Positions 25,732-35,808 of a DNA stretch of 62,649 bases are shown here, in pieces (position 1 is the first letter of the stretch; the number at the start of each line of letters is the position of its first letter). The notes under the pieces are model-generated. The model was not told the origin of the DNA, made no database searches, and saw nothing but the letters and a program-made list of their open reading frames with translations. A program made the translations under genes and the position numbers. The stretch is from a virus (taxonomy: Duplodnaviria; Caudoviricetes), in the IMG/VR virus record IMGVR_UViG_3300034101_000324, positions 1 to 62,649 of that record; one strand, written 5' to 3'.

Positions 25732-26769
25732 ATGAAGCGCCGTAGACGTTTCGCTGAAGGGGACTTGGTCGAAGAGGGGTTGGGGGCTTTTGACTCTGAC
25801 ACCGCTAGTTATGCCCGTCGTGCGCCGCAGAATCGCACGATTGACGATATGTCGTTCAGCGAAGCGTTTAAAGCCAAGCGTAAAGAGCTTGGCGAAGGCA
25901 AGACCTTTACTTGGCGCGGTGAGAAGTACACGACTTCTACCAAGAAGCCTGAAGCAAAAGTTGAGTCTAAACCCGCTACCACTAAGCCTGCTCCCAAGGC
26001 TGTTACTAAACCGCTTACTCCAAAGCAAGAAAAAACAGTTGGGCGACAGATTGATAAATCTGTTTCAAGATTGCCGTCTTTGCCCGGTGATAGAGCCACG
26101 GATTATGGAGGCGCAGATAAACCAGAGGATCGGCAAAGACTTAAAGACAGCGCCATTGGTGTTATAGAAAAAGGCATGAAAGCGGCGAATGTCCCGCTGC
26201 ATTACCGTGCTTTTGCGGGCACCATGTTAGGCAGCAAAGGTAAAATTACGGAAGATTATTTAACTAAAGACGAATTAGCTAAGTTAAAAAGCCGTACTGA
26301 AAAAGCCGCATCTGAAGGCAAATCTAGTATTGATTACGGTAAAAATAAAGAAAATATCAATCCCGTATTAAACGAAGATGCTCAATTCGGCAGAGAAAAA
26401 GATATCGAACTTACTTTCGGTAGGGCCGGATTTAAGAAAGATAAGGACAAAACTGTTCTTAGAGATAAATACGAATTTAATAATCCCGAACGTAGAAAAG
26501 AATTAGACCGCCTTAAAGAAGTTAGAAAAAAAGGTGGTAAGTCTGCTGTCGTAAAAGACGTAGCGGAAAAAACATTAAAGGATTACAAAAAAGAAGGATT
26601 CAAAACCGCTTTTAACAGACTTCCTAGCCGTCTTGGTAATGCTTTTATCGGCGAAGATGGCCGTGAAGTCGAGATTGCCATGCGCCGTGGTGGTCGCGTT
26701 AAAGAAGAACGTGTTCGCGGCTACGGCATTGCTCAGAAAGGCCGTGGCCGTGGGAGATTCGTACGATGA
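25732..26769 (+). CDS. Basic hypothetical protein
   Basis: SFSEAFKAKRK...FTWRGEKYTT motif; AT-rich middle section. Confidence 0.75.
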   Translation: MKRRRRFAEGDLVEEGLGAFDSDTASYARRAPQNRTIDDMSFSEAFKAKRKELGEGKTFTWRGEKYTTSTKKPEAKVESKPATTKPAPKAVTKPLTPKQEKTVGRQIDKSVSRLPSLPGDRATDYGGADKPEDRQRLKDSAIGVIEKGMKAANVPLHYRAFAGTMLGSKGKITEDYLTKDELAKLKSRTEKAASEGKSSIDYGKNKENINPVLNEDAQFGREKDIELTFGRAGFKKDKDKTVLRDKYEFNNPERRKELDRLKEVRKKGGKSAVVKDVAEKTLKDYKKEGFKTAFNRLPSRLGNAFIGEDGREVEIAMRRGGRVKEERVRGYGIAQKGRGRGRFVR

Positions 26770-27062
26770 TGGCTTCTCGTGGCATGGGTGCGATTAGCCC
26801 GAAAAAGATCCCCCGTGCAAAGCGCCGTGGGGATAATAAGCCTGTTATTGGCACAGACAAACCAATCAAGACTTTCAGCAAGGGCGGAGAGTCCAAGGTC
26901 AATCAGGCTGGTAACTACACCAAGCCCGGTATGCGTAAGAAGTTATTTGAGTCCATCAAGGCTTCGGCAACGCAAGGTACCGGTGCAGGCCAGTGGTCGG
27001 CTCGCAAGGCGCAGTTGTTAGCCAAGCGGTACAAGGAGAAGGGCGGTGGATACCGGGACTGA
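26766..27062 (+). CDS. Small basic protein
   Basis: NYTKPGMRK...GQWSARKAQL...GGGY. Confidence 0.75.
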   Translation: MMASRGMGAISPKKIPRAKRRGDNKPVIGTDKPIKTFSKGGESKVNQAGNYTKPGMRKKLFESIKASATQGTGAGQWSARKAQLLAKRYKEKGGGYRD

Positions 27063-27459
27063 CATTGAACTTTTCAAAGCGCAGGTTCAGGCCGAACTCA
27101 ATCGGCTTGAGGCCAAGGCGTCTGCTAAGACTGTTGCTGGTAAGGCTATCGGCAAGGATGGTCTCAAGTACATTACAGCCATCGTCGTGATCGGTGTCGT
27201 CTCTAGCCTCTTTTTGGATAACGACAAGATTGCTGCCGTGATGGGGCTGCTTGGTGCGTCTCTGACTGCTTTGATCTCTATGCTTAACGGCATTGCAGGT
27301 ACGGTCGAGAAGGAAGAGAAGCCCGAGTACGCGGTCATCAAGGAACTCATCGCCAAGTTGGATCGGCTGGATCGCAAGGAAATGCCCATGAGGGTCGATG
27401 TCGAGGGCGACCACGTGGTTGTCACCAAGGGTGACGATGTGGTGAAGGCAAGCCGATGA
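27046..27459 (+). CDS. Two-TM membrane protein
   Basis: Two hydrophobic helices; AGGAG upstream of GTG. Confidence 0.65.
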   Translation: MDTGTDIELFKAQVQAELNRLEAKASAKTVAGKAIGKDGLKYITAIVVIGVVSSLFLDNDKIAAVMGLLGASLTALISMLNGIAGTVEKEEKPEYAVIKELIAKLDRLDRKEMPMRVDVEGDHVVVTKGDDVVKASR

Positions 27460-27701
27460 AGTCCCCGCAGCAATCCTTAAAGGCTTGGGGCGACCAGAAG
27501 TGGAGAACGAAGAGTGGTAAACGATCTTCTGACACGGGCGAAAGGTATCTTCCAGAGGCTGCGATTAAAGCTCTCAGCCCTGCTGAGTACGCCCGAACCA
27601 CTGCCGCCAAGCGCCGAGGAAAAGCCCAAGGCAAGCAGTTCGTCGCGCAGCCCAAGGGTATATCGCAAAAAACCCGTGCGTATCGTCAAAAAGGTAAGTA
27701 A
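27456..27701 (+). CDS. Small basic protein
   Basis: QQSLKAW..QKWRT...ERYLP...GKQFV. Confidence 0.75.
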   Translation: MKSPQQSLKAWGDQKWRTKSGKRSSDTGERYLPEAAIKALSPAEYARTTAAKRRGKAQGKQFVAQPKGISQKTRAYRQKGK

Positions 27702-28427
27702 ATGACCTACAAGACTACAGCAACGACGGACTTCAACCTTGATCTCAACACGATCATCGAAGAATCTTTTGAGCGTTGTGGTGCTGAGTTGCGGACGGGT
27801 TACGACTTCCGTACCGCCAAGCGCAGTCTTGGTCTATTGCTCATGGACTGGGCAAACCGTGGTATTAACCTCTGGACGCTGGAGACCGGTACCCAAACTC
27901 TGACGTACAACGTAGGTACGTATGACTTGCCGGTAGATACGGTTGACCTGCTTGACCATGTAATCCGTACTGGGTCTGGCACGACTCAGCAAGACATCAA
28001 CATTTCTCGTATCTCGTCCAGCACCTACGTGTCGATTCCGAACAAGAATGCGACGGGTCGCCCGATCCAGATCTGGATTAACCGACGTACAGGTGCTACG
28101 GATGCGGCTAATACGATTATTTACCCGCAGTTCACAGTGTGGCCGAAGCCAGACAATACGACGACTTGGACGCTGTTCTATACCCGTCTGGTGCGTATGA
28201 CTGATCCCGGTACGGGTGTGAACGGTCAGGACATCCCGTTCCGTGCATTACCTTGCATGGTGGCAGGTTTGGCCTACATGATGTCGATGAAGATTCCCGG
28301 CGCTATGGAGCGTACGGCTATGTTAAAAGCCCAGTATGACGAGGCTTGGGATCTGATGGCGGGTGAAGACCGTGAAAAGGCGGCAGTGCGGTTTGTGCCA
28401 CGTGAGAGCTTCTTGGGTGGATACTAA
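27702..28427 (+). CDS. Putative head-tail adaptor / tail tubular A-like protein
   Basis: IIEESFERCG...DWANRG...GRP...VWPKPD fold pattern. Confidence 0.65.
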   Translation: MTYKTTATTDFNLDLNTIIEESFERCGAELRTGYDFRTAKRSLGLLLMDWANRGINLWTLETGTQTLTYNVGTYDLPVDTVDLLDHVIRTGSGTTQQDINISRISSSTYVSIPNKNATGRPIQIWINRRTGATDAANTIIYPQFTVWPKPDNTTTWTLFYTRLVRMTDPGTGVNGQDIPFRALPCMVAGLAYMMSMKIPGAMERTAMLKAQYDEAWDLMAGEDREKAAVRFVPRESFLGGY

Positions 28428-28801
28428 TGCCAAACAGGTTTGCAAGTGGCAAGCACGCGATTGCGGAGTGCGACCGGTGTGGATTCCGGTTCAAACTTCG
28501 CCAGTTGAAGTCTTTGGTGATCAAGACCAAGAATGTAAATATCTTGGTCTGTCCGGAGTGTTGGGAGCCTGATCAGCCGCAGTTGTCGCTGGGTCTGTAC
28601 CCGGTTGATGACCCGCAGGCGTTGAGGAACCCAAGACCAGATTTGAGCTACTTTGAGGTTGGCAATGACGGTGCCACCGGTAGTCGTGAGATACAATGGG
28701 GCTGGGCACCGGTTGGCGGGGCCAGAGCAGATGACGCAGGATTGACCCCGAACGATCTTGCACCGATTGGACAGATTGGCACGGTCACGGTAGTGACCTA
28801 G
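28427..28801 (+). CDS. Zinc-binding conserved phage protein
   Basis: CDRCG...CPECW, PRPD. Confidence 0.75.
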   Translation: MPNRFASGKHAIAECDRCGFRFKLRQLKSLVIKTKNVNILVCPECWEPDQPQLSLGLYPVDDPQALRNPRPDLSYFEVGNDGATGSREIQWGWAPVGGARADDAGLTPNDLAPIGQIGTVTVVT

Positions 28802-28810
28802 GAGACTGAA

Positions 28811-28993
28811 ATGAGCGTTAAAGATATGCTGAAGGCGCACATGAAGAAGGGTAAGGGTGCCCACCCTGATCCGGCTGTCAAAAAGATGCGTGCTGGTGGT
28901 AAGACCAACAGCGAGATGAAGAAGTACGGTCGTGGTATGGCGAAGGTGATGAACCAACGCAGCCCGATGCGCGGCTCCAGCGGCCCGAGGTAA
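28811..28993 (+). CDS. Small basic protein
   Basis: AGGAG SD; MRAGG. Confidence 0.65.
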   Translation: MSVKDMLKAHMKKGKGAHPDPAVKKMRAGGKTNSEMKKYGRGMAKVMNQRSPMRGSSGPR

Positions 28994-28998
28994 TTGCC

Positions 28999-29190
28999 AT
29001 GAAAGATATGGGCAAGATCCAAAAGAACACCGAATCGACGGGGCGTAATGGCTACCCGGAGAAGGATGTGAATAAGGGCGTCACCCACATGGACATGAAG
29101 GGTGCTGGTGCTGCGACCAAGGGTAAGAAGTTCGTATCGCAGATCAACCTTGAAACCAACATGAAGTACAGGTCTGGCTGGTCGCCGTGA
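28999..29190 (+). CDS. Small basic protein
   Basis: GAGG SD; MKGAGAATKG. Confidence 0.65.
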   Translation: MKDMGKIQKNTESTGRNGYPEKDVNKGVTHMDMKGAGAATKGKKFVSQINLETNMKYRSGWSP

Positions 29191-29825
29191 ACTACACGCA
29201 GCTTTCACAACTGATTCAGGACTATTGTGAGTCCACGGAGCAAAGCTTCGTGGCTAATATCCCGACTTTTGTGCAGCTTGCTGAAGAGCGGATTTATAAC
29301 TCCGTTCAGATCCCAGCTATCCGTAAGAATGTGACTGGTACGGCTACCATCAATTACCAGTATCTTGAATTGCCGACCGACTGGCTTTCTACGTTCTCGC
29401 TAGCAGTGATTGACCCGACAACGGGTGAGTACGAATACCTGCTGAATAAGGATGTGAACTACATTCGTGCGGCATATCCGCCTCCCAACTCGTACGGCAA
29501 GCCAGCGTATTACGCGATATTTGACGATACAACTATGTTGCTAGGCCCAACTCCTGACAATACGTATTCAATGGAGTTGCACTACTACTATTACCCAGCG
29601 TCGATTGTGAACGTGAATACCACGTGGCTCGGTAATAATTTTGAGTCTGTCCTGCTTTATGGCTCGTTGCGCGAAGCCTACACTTACTTGAAGGGGGAGC
29701 AGGACATGATGCAATACTACGAGCAAAAGTATCAGGAAGCGTTGGCTCTCCTCAAACGCCTTGGCGACGGTTTGGATCGTCAGGATGCGTACCGTTCCGG
29801 CCAAGCTAGGGTTGCAGTGACATGA
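29187..29825 (+). CDS. Putative head-tail adaptor paralog
   Basis: FVQLAEERI...LPTD...GKPAYYA...PTPD...LLYGSL. Confidence 0.65.
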   Translation: MNYTQLSQLIQDYCESTEQSFVANIPTFVQLAEERIYNSVQIPAIRKNVTGTATINYQYLELPTDWLSTFSLAVIDPTTGEYEYLLNKDVNYIRAAYPPPNSYGKPAYYAIFDDTTMLLGPTPDNTYSMELHYYYYPASIVNVNTTWLGNNFESVLLYGSLREAYTYLKGEQDMMQYYEQKYQEALALLKRLGDGLDRQDAYRSGQARVAVT

Positions 29826-30067
29826 GTTTTTTAGGTGGAACAGAGATTGGGCATGTATTTGTCCAGACTACAAACAACCGTGAGCATACGGTTGAAGAGA
29901 TTGCAGAGCGTGCGGTAAATCGTGCGCTTCGCGTTGAAACCCAAGAAGGGTTAAAACAGGTACTTATTAAATACCTGCAAGAAGCGCAGAATTCAGCTTT
30001 GAACGATGCGCGACGTAAGTTAGTTGAAAATGGTTTTAACGACGCGGCAGCGTATTTAGGAGATTAA
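29822..30067 (+). CDS. Hypothetical protein
   Basis: Coupled ORF. Confidence 0.7.
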   Translation: MSFLGGTEIGHVFVQTTNNREHTVEEIAERAVNRALRVETQEGLKQVLIKYLQEAQNSALNDARRKLVENGFNDAAAYLGD

Positions 30068-30068
30068 A

Positions 30069-30524
30069 ATGGCTATTACTCAGGCAATGGCAACGTCATT
30101 CAAGGTTGAGATCCTTGATGGCATCCATAACTTTGGTACCGGCGTTATCCGTGCGGCTACTACGGCGGATGTGTTTAAGCTGGCTTTGTTCACTTCTTCG
30201 GCTACGCTGAGCGCGGCTACGACTGCGTACAGCACTTCGGATGAGGTGTCTTCGTCTGGCACGAACTACCCGGCTGGTGGGTTGACGCTCACGATCTCGC
30301 AGGTGCCGACTTCTAGTGGTACAACGGCTTTCATCGACTTTGATGATTTGACGTTCCCGAGCGCCACGATTACGGCCAACGGTGCGTTGATCTACAACGC
30401 GACTCAGAGCAACAAGGCTGTTGCGGTTCTGGCGTTCGGTGGTGACAAGACCTCGACGGCTGGTAACTTCACCATCCAGTTCCCGGCTGCTGCTGCTTCA
30501 ACTGCGATCCTCCGAATCGCTTAA
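30069..30524 (+). CDS. Structural protein (tail- or fibre-associated)
   Basis: SFKVEIL...FKLALFT...YPAGG...GALIYN...FTIQFP. Confidence 0.7.
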   Translation: MAITQAMATSFKVEILDGIHNFGTGVIRAATTADVFKLALFTSSATLSAATTAYSTSDEVSSSGTNYPAGGLTLTISQVPTSSGTTAFIDFDDLTFPSATITANGALIYNATQSNKAVAVLAFGGDKTSTAGNFTIQFPAAAASTAILRIA

Positions 30525-30537
30525 TTAGGCAACAGCC

Positions 30538-31302
30538 GTGGCAGGCGTAATTGTCGCCTTCGACGGTTGGAACGCTTCTGGCGTAGGCTGGGGCGAACAA
30601 GGTTGGGGCGAAGGTGTTGGCAATCTTACTGCTACAGGTGCGGTAGGAAATGTCACGGTTACAATTCTTGTAGAAGTAACCGGAGTTGAAGCCCAAGCCA
30701 TCCTCAGCGATGAAGTTGTTGTTGGCGATGCTGTTGTTATTGAAGATGGCGTAGTAGGCACGGGCGAGATTGGGGATGCTACGGTATTCCTTGAACTCAT
30801 CGTCCCGGTCTCAGGCGTTTCGGCATCGGGGCAAGTTGGCACTGTTTCTCTCAGCACTGAACAGATTTTGTCGGTTACGGGGGTTCAGGGCACATTTGCC
30901 ATTGGCAATTACGTCATTATTGCTGGACACACCGAGCTTGTTACGGGGGTTCAGGCAGCAGGGCAAATTGGTGACGAGGTTATCGTTGCCACCGCTGTTG
31001 TCATTGAAGACGGTGTACAGGGTACTGGTGAAATAGGCACTGTTTCATTTGTCCTTGATTGTATTTTCTCGGTAACAGGCGTTGCAGGCACTAGCGAGCT
31101 TGGCATCGCAGAGCAGTTCTCGAAATATGAAGTTACCGGGGTATCCGCTACGGGTGCCTTGGGTACGGTTACGGTCGAATCTCGGTATTTTGTGACTGGG
31201 GTATCCGCTACGGGTAATATTGGTTCGCAATCACCCGCAGTGAATGTTTGGGGATTAATCGATACTGATCAGAACGCGAACTGGACACAAATCGCGGCGT
31301 GA
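30538..31302 (+). CDS. Fibre-like protein with VTGVxAxGxxG repeats
   Basis: Repeats of about 20 aa. Confidence 0.7.
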   Translation: MAGVIVAFDGWNASGVGWGEQGWGEGVGNLTATGAVGNVTVTILVEVTGVEAQAILSDEVVVGDAVVIEDGVVGTGEIGDATVFLELIVPVSGVSASGQVGTVSLSTEQILSVTGVQGTFAIGNYVIIAGHTELVTGVQAAGQIGDEVIVATAVVIEDGVQGTGEIGTVSFVLDCIFSVTGVAGTSELGIAEQFSKYEVTGVSATGALGTVTVESRYFVTGVSATGNIGSQSPAVNVWGLIDTDQNANWTQIAA

Positions 31303-31313
31303 GGTAATTAAAA

Positions 31314-32294
31314 ATGGCTAGCACTTTTAGTACTAATTTGGCCCTTGAACTGATCGGTACAGGCGATCAGGCAGGTACGTGGGGTAACACCACAAATACC
31401 AATCTTGGCACGCTGATTGAGCAGGCCATTTCGGGCTACGTCACGCAGGCCATGACGACGGGGAATACCACCTCCATCACAATTCCAGATGGTGCGTCAG
31501 GTGTTGCTCGTAACATGTACCTTGAACTGACGGGTACGGGCGGTGCTAGCACGGTGCTCGCAGTCCCCTCAAACAAGAAACTCTACTTCGTCTTCAACAA
31601 CACGACTGGTGCTGTAACGGTCAAAGTTGGTGCGGGTACAGGGGTTTCAGTAGGCGCTGCTGAAAAGAAGATTCTGGTCAGCAATGGCACTGACATTGTT
31701 GAAGCCACGAGTTATCTGACGGCAGTGGGTAACAGCCTCAATCTGACAACGCTTACCGCTACGTCAGCCAACATCACGACGCTGACGGGTACGAGCGCCA
31801 ACATCACGACGTTCACGGCCACTTCGTCAAACATCACGACGCTGACCGGAACCAGCATGAACGTCACGACGGCGACTCATGCTTCGGCCAACATTACGAC
31901 GCTAGGTTCAACCTCTGCCAACATCACGACGCTGACCGGCACTTCAGCTACGATCACAACGATTTTGGATGGCGTGGGCAACGTCCGTAACATCCCGTCA
32001 GTCGGTGCTGCTAAAACTTCCGCCTATACGTTGGCAATTACCGATATTGGTGAGTTCGTCACACTGGGTACCAGCGGTGCGATTGTTGTGCCGAATGACA
32101 TCTTTTCTGCTGGTAACGCCATATCAATCTTCAATAACACCACAGGCAATGCGGTAATCAGCCTGACCATTACGACGGCTTATATTGGTGGCACAGACAC
32201 CGACAAGGCTTCGGTTACGTTGGCTACTCGCGGTCTTGCCACTATCTTGTTCGTCAATCCTTCGCTCTGCGTAATGAGCGGTAACTTGAGCTAA
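31314..32294 (+). CDS. Tail fibre protein
   Basis: GTWGNTTNTNL N-terminus; 10-aa SANITTLTGT repeats. Confidence 0.75.
   Translation: MASTFSTNLALELIGTGDQAGTWGNTTNTNLGTLIEQAISGYVTQAMTTGNTTSITIPDGASGVARNMYLELTGTGGASTVLAVPSNKKLYFVFNNTTGAVTVKVGAGTGVSVGAAEKKILVSNGTDIVEATSYLTAVGNSLNLTTLTATSANITTLTGTSANITTFTATSSNITTLTGTSMNVTTATHASANITTLGSTSANITTLTGTSATITTILDGVGNVRNIPSVGAAKTSAYTLAITDIGEFVTLGTSGAIVVPNDIFSAGNAISIFNNTTGNAVISLTITTAYIGGTDTDKASVTLATRGLATILFVNPSLCVMSGNLS
31770..31950 (+). repeat. 30-nt period coding tandem repeat (6 copies of an AACATCACGACG core)
   Basis: Copies at 31770, 31800, 31830, 31860, 31890 and 31920. Confidence 0.85.
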
Positions 32295-32298
32295 ATCC

Positions 32299-34011
32299 AT
32301 GTCCGGAATTATTCAAATACTGCTTGCTGGCGTTCTTGTTAAAAGATCGTTTGATGTCGTTCTGACTTTTGACGGCAGTACGGTATGGACTGCGCCATCC
32401 GATGTTAGCTCCGTTGACTACCTTGTAGTTGGCGCGGGCGGGGGCGGCGGGCATGGAGAGTACAGTTTCTTTAGCCCCGGTGCATATGATGTTGGGCGAA
32501 ACGCTTTTGGCGGCGGCGGTGGCGCTGGCGGGCTAAGAGTTGGCTCTGCTTATCCTGTTACTGGTGGAACTTCTTACACCATCACAGTTGGTGCTGGTGG
32601 CACGGGCGCTGGAAATAATCAGAGTCCTCCGGGAGGTCCCACGGGAACCTCTGGTGGTTTATCTGCGTTCGGTTCTATTGAAGGTGCTGGCGGTGGGTTT
32701 GGCGGACGATCTGGGCCAGCGACTAATAATGGTGCCGCTGGTGGTTCTGGCGGCGGCGGTTGGTATGATCGTCAATATAGTACTGACCCCAACAACCCAT
32801 ATGACAGCATAATCACTAGCCCAGGCGGCGCAGGCAATACGCCGTCTGTAAGTCCTTCGCAAGGTAACTCCGGTGTTTCCGGGGCAACTGACCGTGGCGG
32901 TGGCGGCGGCGGTGCTAGCGCCGCTGCATCGGGTGCTAATGGTGGCAACGGTACTGTCAGCAGCATTACTAACGTCTCTGTAACTTACGCCGGTGGTGGC
33001 GGCGCAGGGATATCTGCTACTACAGCAGGACCTGGTGGTACCGGTGGGGGAGGTAATGGAGGCTATTTTTATGGCTCTGCCACAGACGGCACTGCTAATT
33101 TAGGTGGCGGAGGTGGAGGAGGGTTCCGAGATGGAGATCCATCTTGGCCTAACCAAAAAGGCGGTAATGGCGGGAGTGGCCGCGTTATTTTGAAATACAC
33201 CACGGCGTCTTCCAGCGTTCAGATCTTTACAGGTTCTGGTTTTTTCGTCGCAGACCGAAGTGGTACGGCTTCGTATCTTGTTGTTGGCGGCGGTGGCGGC
33301 GCAAAAGAGTCGCTTGGCGCAGGTGGTGGCGGGGCTGGCGGCTTCCGAACTGGGTCTGGCTTTAGTGTCACAGCAGGATCTACTTACACGATTACGGTTG
33401 GTGCCGGTGGAGCTAGAAGTAGAAGCACTGGACCAAATGACTCAGAGGCAGGTAATAGCGGAAGTTCTTCTGCTTTCTCAACCACTACGTCAGCGGGCGG
33501 CGGTGGCGGTGGGTTTACCATGTCTATCGGCGCTGCTGCTGGTAGAAGCGGCGGGTCTGGCGGTGGCGGTGCAGGCGGTGCTGTGTCGTCAAGTAACGGA
33601 GGAACAGGAAATGTTCCATCAGTAAGTCCATCTCAAGGCAGTAACGGCGGAAACGGACTGTTAGTTGGAAGTGTCGGTTATTCAGGCGGTGGCGGCGGTG
33701 GCGCAAGTGCTGCTGGTTCAAATGCTGTTGGTGCTCCTGCATTTCCAGCCGGTAAAGCAGGTGACGGTGGTAATGGTGCTGTGTCGGCCATCACTGGTGT
33801 GTCAGTGACTTATGCTGGTGGCGGTGGTGGTGGAACTGCGTTTGGTTCAAACGCTGGTACGGGTGGAACAGGCGGTGGCGGTAATGGCGCTATAAGTAAC
33901 GATCCTGCCCAAAGTGGTGTTGGCGGACTTGGTGGCGGTGGCGGTGGAGCAAACGCCCCCAATGCTGCGGGTAGCGGCGGCGCTGGTGTAGTTATTATTT
34001 CTATTGCGTGA
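32299..34011 (+). CDS. Glycine-rich tail fibre / adhesin with two tandem Gly-rich domains
   Basis: Duplicated YLVVG.GGG...YTITVGAGG...VTYAGGGG...GG.G.VI. Confidence 0.8.
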   Translation: MSGIIQILLAGVLVKRSFDVVLTFDGSTVWTAPSDVSSVDYLVVGAGGGGGHGEYSFFSPGAYDVGRNAFGGGGGAGGLRVGSAYPVTGGTSYTITVGAGGTGAGNNQSPPGGPTGTSGGLSAFGSIEGAGGGFGGRSGPATNNGAAGGSGGGGWYDRQYSTDPNNPYDSIITSPGGAGNTPSVSPSQGNSGVSGATDRGGGGGGASAAASGANGGNGTVSSITNVSVTYAGGGGAGISATTAGPGGTGGGGNGGYFYGSATDGTANLGGGGGGGFRDGDPSWPNQKGGNGGSGRVILKYTTASSSVQIFTGSGFFVADRSGTASYLVVGGGGGAKESLGAGGGGAGGFRTGSGFSVTAGSTYTITVGAGGARSRSTGPNDSEAGNSGSSSAFSTTTSAGGGGGGFTMSIGAAAGRSGGSGGGGAGGAVSSSNGGTGNVPSVSPSQGSNGGNGLLVGSVGYSGGGGGGASAAGSNAVGAPAFPAGKAGDGGNGAVSAITGVSVTYAGGGGGGTAFGSNAGTGGTGGGGNGAISNDPAQSGVGGLGGGGGGANAPNAAGSGGAGVVIISIA

Positions 34012-34014
34012 TTT

Positions 34015-34257
34015 ATGAAAGCATATCAATTAGTTGGAATTGAAGTTGCGATGCAGTTAATTCGTCCCGGTGCTAGGTGGGAGATATCCAACCGCCAGTT
34101 CACGATATGGGACGACCCACGTCCTTGCCCGACTTGGGAAGAAGTTATGGACGTAGTTGAGAAACTGAAAGCGTTTGAAGATTCAATTACGCCCGTTTTG
34201 TTGCCTGAACAGCAGGCAGAGATTGAGCGCCGTTTGAAGTTGATCGAGGCTGCTTAA
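34015..34257 (+). CDS. Small fibre-associated protein
   Basis: IRPGARW...WDDPRPCPTWEEV. Confidence 0.7.
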   Translation: MKAYQLVGIEVAMQLIRPGARWEISNRQFTIWDDPRPCPTWEEVMDVVEKLKAFEDSITPVLLPEQQAEIERRLKLIEAA

Positions 34258-34862
34258 TGTCGGTTACTGTTCACAATATTTTTCCAACGCCTGTCGGTCA
34301 ATTTAGTTTGAACCGGGAAGTGACGGCGGAGGAAATCGCGTTTGCAGAAGCACAAACCGCGCACCGTAATATGGGTAATTCCACTAGCGATAACAGGTAT
34401 GTGTTGAAAGACCCGGCACTTGCGGATATATCCAAGTTTATCGAAGAGTCTGTTGCTGCTTATTTTAAGGCAATCTACGTTCCCAAAAATGAAGTTAGCC
34501 TCAGAGTTACTCAATCTTGGCTGAACTATAGCAAACCGGAAGAATGGCACCACAGACATGCTCATGCTAATTCTTTCGTATCTGGTGTGTTTTATATCAA
34601 AGCCGCCAATGCCGAAGACCGTATTTATTTCCACAAAGACGGGTATGCCCAGATACAGGTAACTACCAAAGAATACAATTTGTGCAATAGCACATCTTGG
34701 TGGTTTTCCGTAAATACTGGAATGCTTCTGCTATTTCCGTCTGGACTTACTCATTCTGTTGATCCAGTCAAAGGCGACAATGTTCGCGTTAGCTTGGCCT
34801 TTAACACGTTCCCCGTGGGATATGTTGGCGAAGAAGATAATCTAACGGCGCTGCATTTATGA
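34257..34862 (+). CDS. 2OG-Fe(II) oxygenase (TIGR02466-like)
   Basis: SWLN...HAH...SGVFY...LFPSGLTHSV...RVSLAFN. Confidence 0.9.
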   Translation: MSVTVHNIFPTPVGQFSLNREVTAEEIAFAEAQTAHRNMGNSTSDNRYVLKDPALADISKFIEESVAAYFKAIYVPKNEVSLRVTQSWLNYSKPEEWHHRHAHANSFVSGVFYIKAANAEDRIYFHKDGYAQIQVTTKEYNLCNSTSWWFSVNTGMLLLFPSGLTHSVDPVKGDNVRVSLAFNTFPVGYVGEEDNLTALHL

Positions 34863-35425
34863 TGTCTTTTAATGTCAAAGACTATTTGAGGGTATACGAG
34901 GGGATATTTGACCCATCTTTCTGCAATCAAGTCGTTGAAGAATTACAGCCGTCTAATTGGCACACTCATTCATTTTACGACGAACAGAATAAAAAAGCCG
35001 TCATGCACTCAAATGAGTTTCAGATGACGCATGAAAAAGGTATACACCGTCAACAGATACAAGATGGCTTGTGGAATGTAATTGATAAATATCTTCGGCA
35101 CGATATTAACAACGAAACCTATTCAAATTGGAATGGGTACTCAGCAGTACGCTTTAACAAGTATGAGACTGGTACAGAGATGCACGAGCATTGTGACCAC
35201 ATTCATACTATGTTTGATGGAACCCGCAGGGGTATACCCATTCTGAGTATTCTTGGCGCTTTGAATGACGATTACGAAGGTGGCGAGCTAATCTTCTGGG
35301 GAGACCAGAAAATACATTTACCTGCTGGGGCTGTGATGGTATTCCCTAGCAATTTTATGTATCCCCACAAGGTCAAATTGGTTACGAAGGGTACCCGGTA
35401 TAGTTACGTTTCTTGGGTATGGTAA
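34859..35425 (+). CDS. 2OG-Fe(II) oxygenase (prolyl-4-hydroxylase-like)
   Basis: HCD...LNDDYEGGEL...FPSNFMYPHKV...GTRYS. Confidence 0.9.
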   Translation: MMSFNVKDYLRVYEGIFDPSFCNQVVEELQPSNWHTHSFYDEQNKKAVMHSNEFQMTHEKGIHRQQIQDGLWNVIDKYLRHDINNETYSNWNGYSAVRFNKYETGTEMHEHCDHIHTMFDGTRRGIPILSILGALNDDYEGGELIFWGDQKIHLPAGAVMVFPSNFMYPHKVKLVTKGTRYSYVSWVW

Positions 35426-35799
35426 GACTGTTAAAGGCAGTAAATAACGAATTTCCACACTTTTATGCGGAGTATGCGATTAATGATCTAGGAGTATTCA
35501 TGGATAAACTACCGGTAAAGTTTTTGCCGGTCATCAAGGCAGATATAGAGAAGCGAGGGATGGTACATCCCATCATTATTTTCTCGCCTTGGCCTGAATA
35601 CCAAACAGATCCGAATCCAGAACTGCCAGCAAAAGAAAGTGTGAAGAAGGAGATTTTAAGGGTTTACATGGGGCATAAAAGGATATGGGTTGCTAAAGAG
35701 TTAGGATATACCCACATCTCTGCGTACCATGTAAGAACAGATGAAGACGCAAGATTTTTGTGTGGTAAGACAACCATTCGGGAATTTTGTCCAAATTGA
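35419..35799 (+). CDS. ParB/sulfiredoxin-like domain protein
   Basis: DIEKRGMVHPII...GHKRIWVAKELG. Confidence 0.6.
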   Translation: MVRLLKAVNNEFPHFYAEYAINDLGVFMDKLPVKFLPVIKADIEKRGMVHPIIIFSPWPEYQTDPNPELPAKESVKKEILRVYMGHKRIWVAKELGYTHISAYHVRTDEDARFLCGKTTIREFCPN

Positions 35800-35808
35800 G
35801 GTTTAGAT

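Noticed and set aside
31770-31950. CRISPR-like 30-nt periodic repeat
   Set aside because: It is an in-frame 10-aa repeat of a tail fibre, and the intervening sequences are also related.
32299-34011. Diversity-generating retroelement (duplicated fibre segments)
   Set aside because: No reverse transcriptase is present. The duplication is a diverged protein domain without adenine-specific differences.
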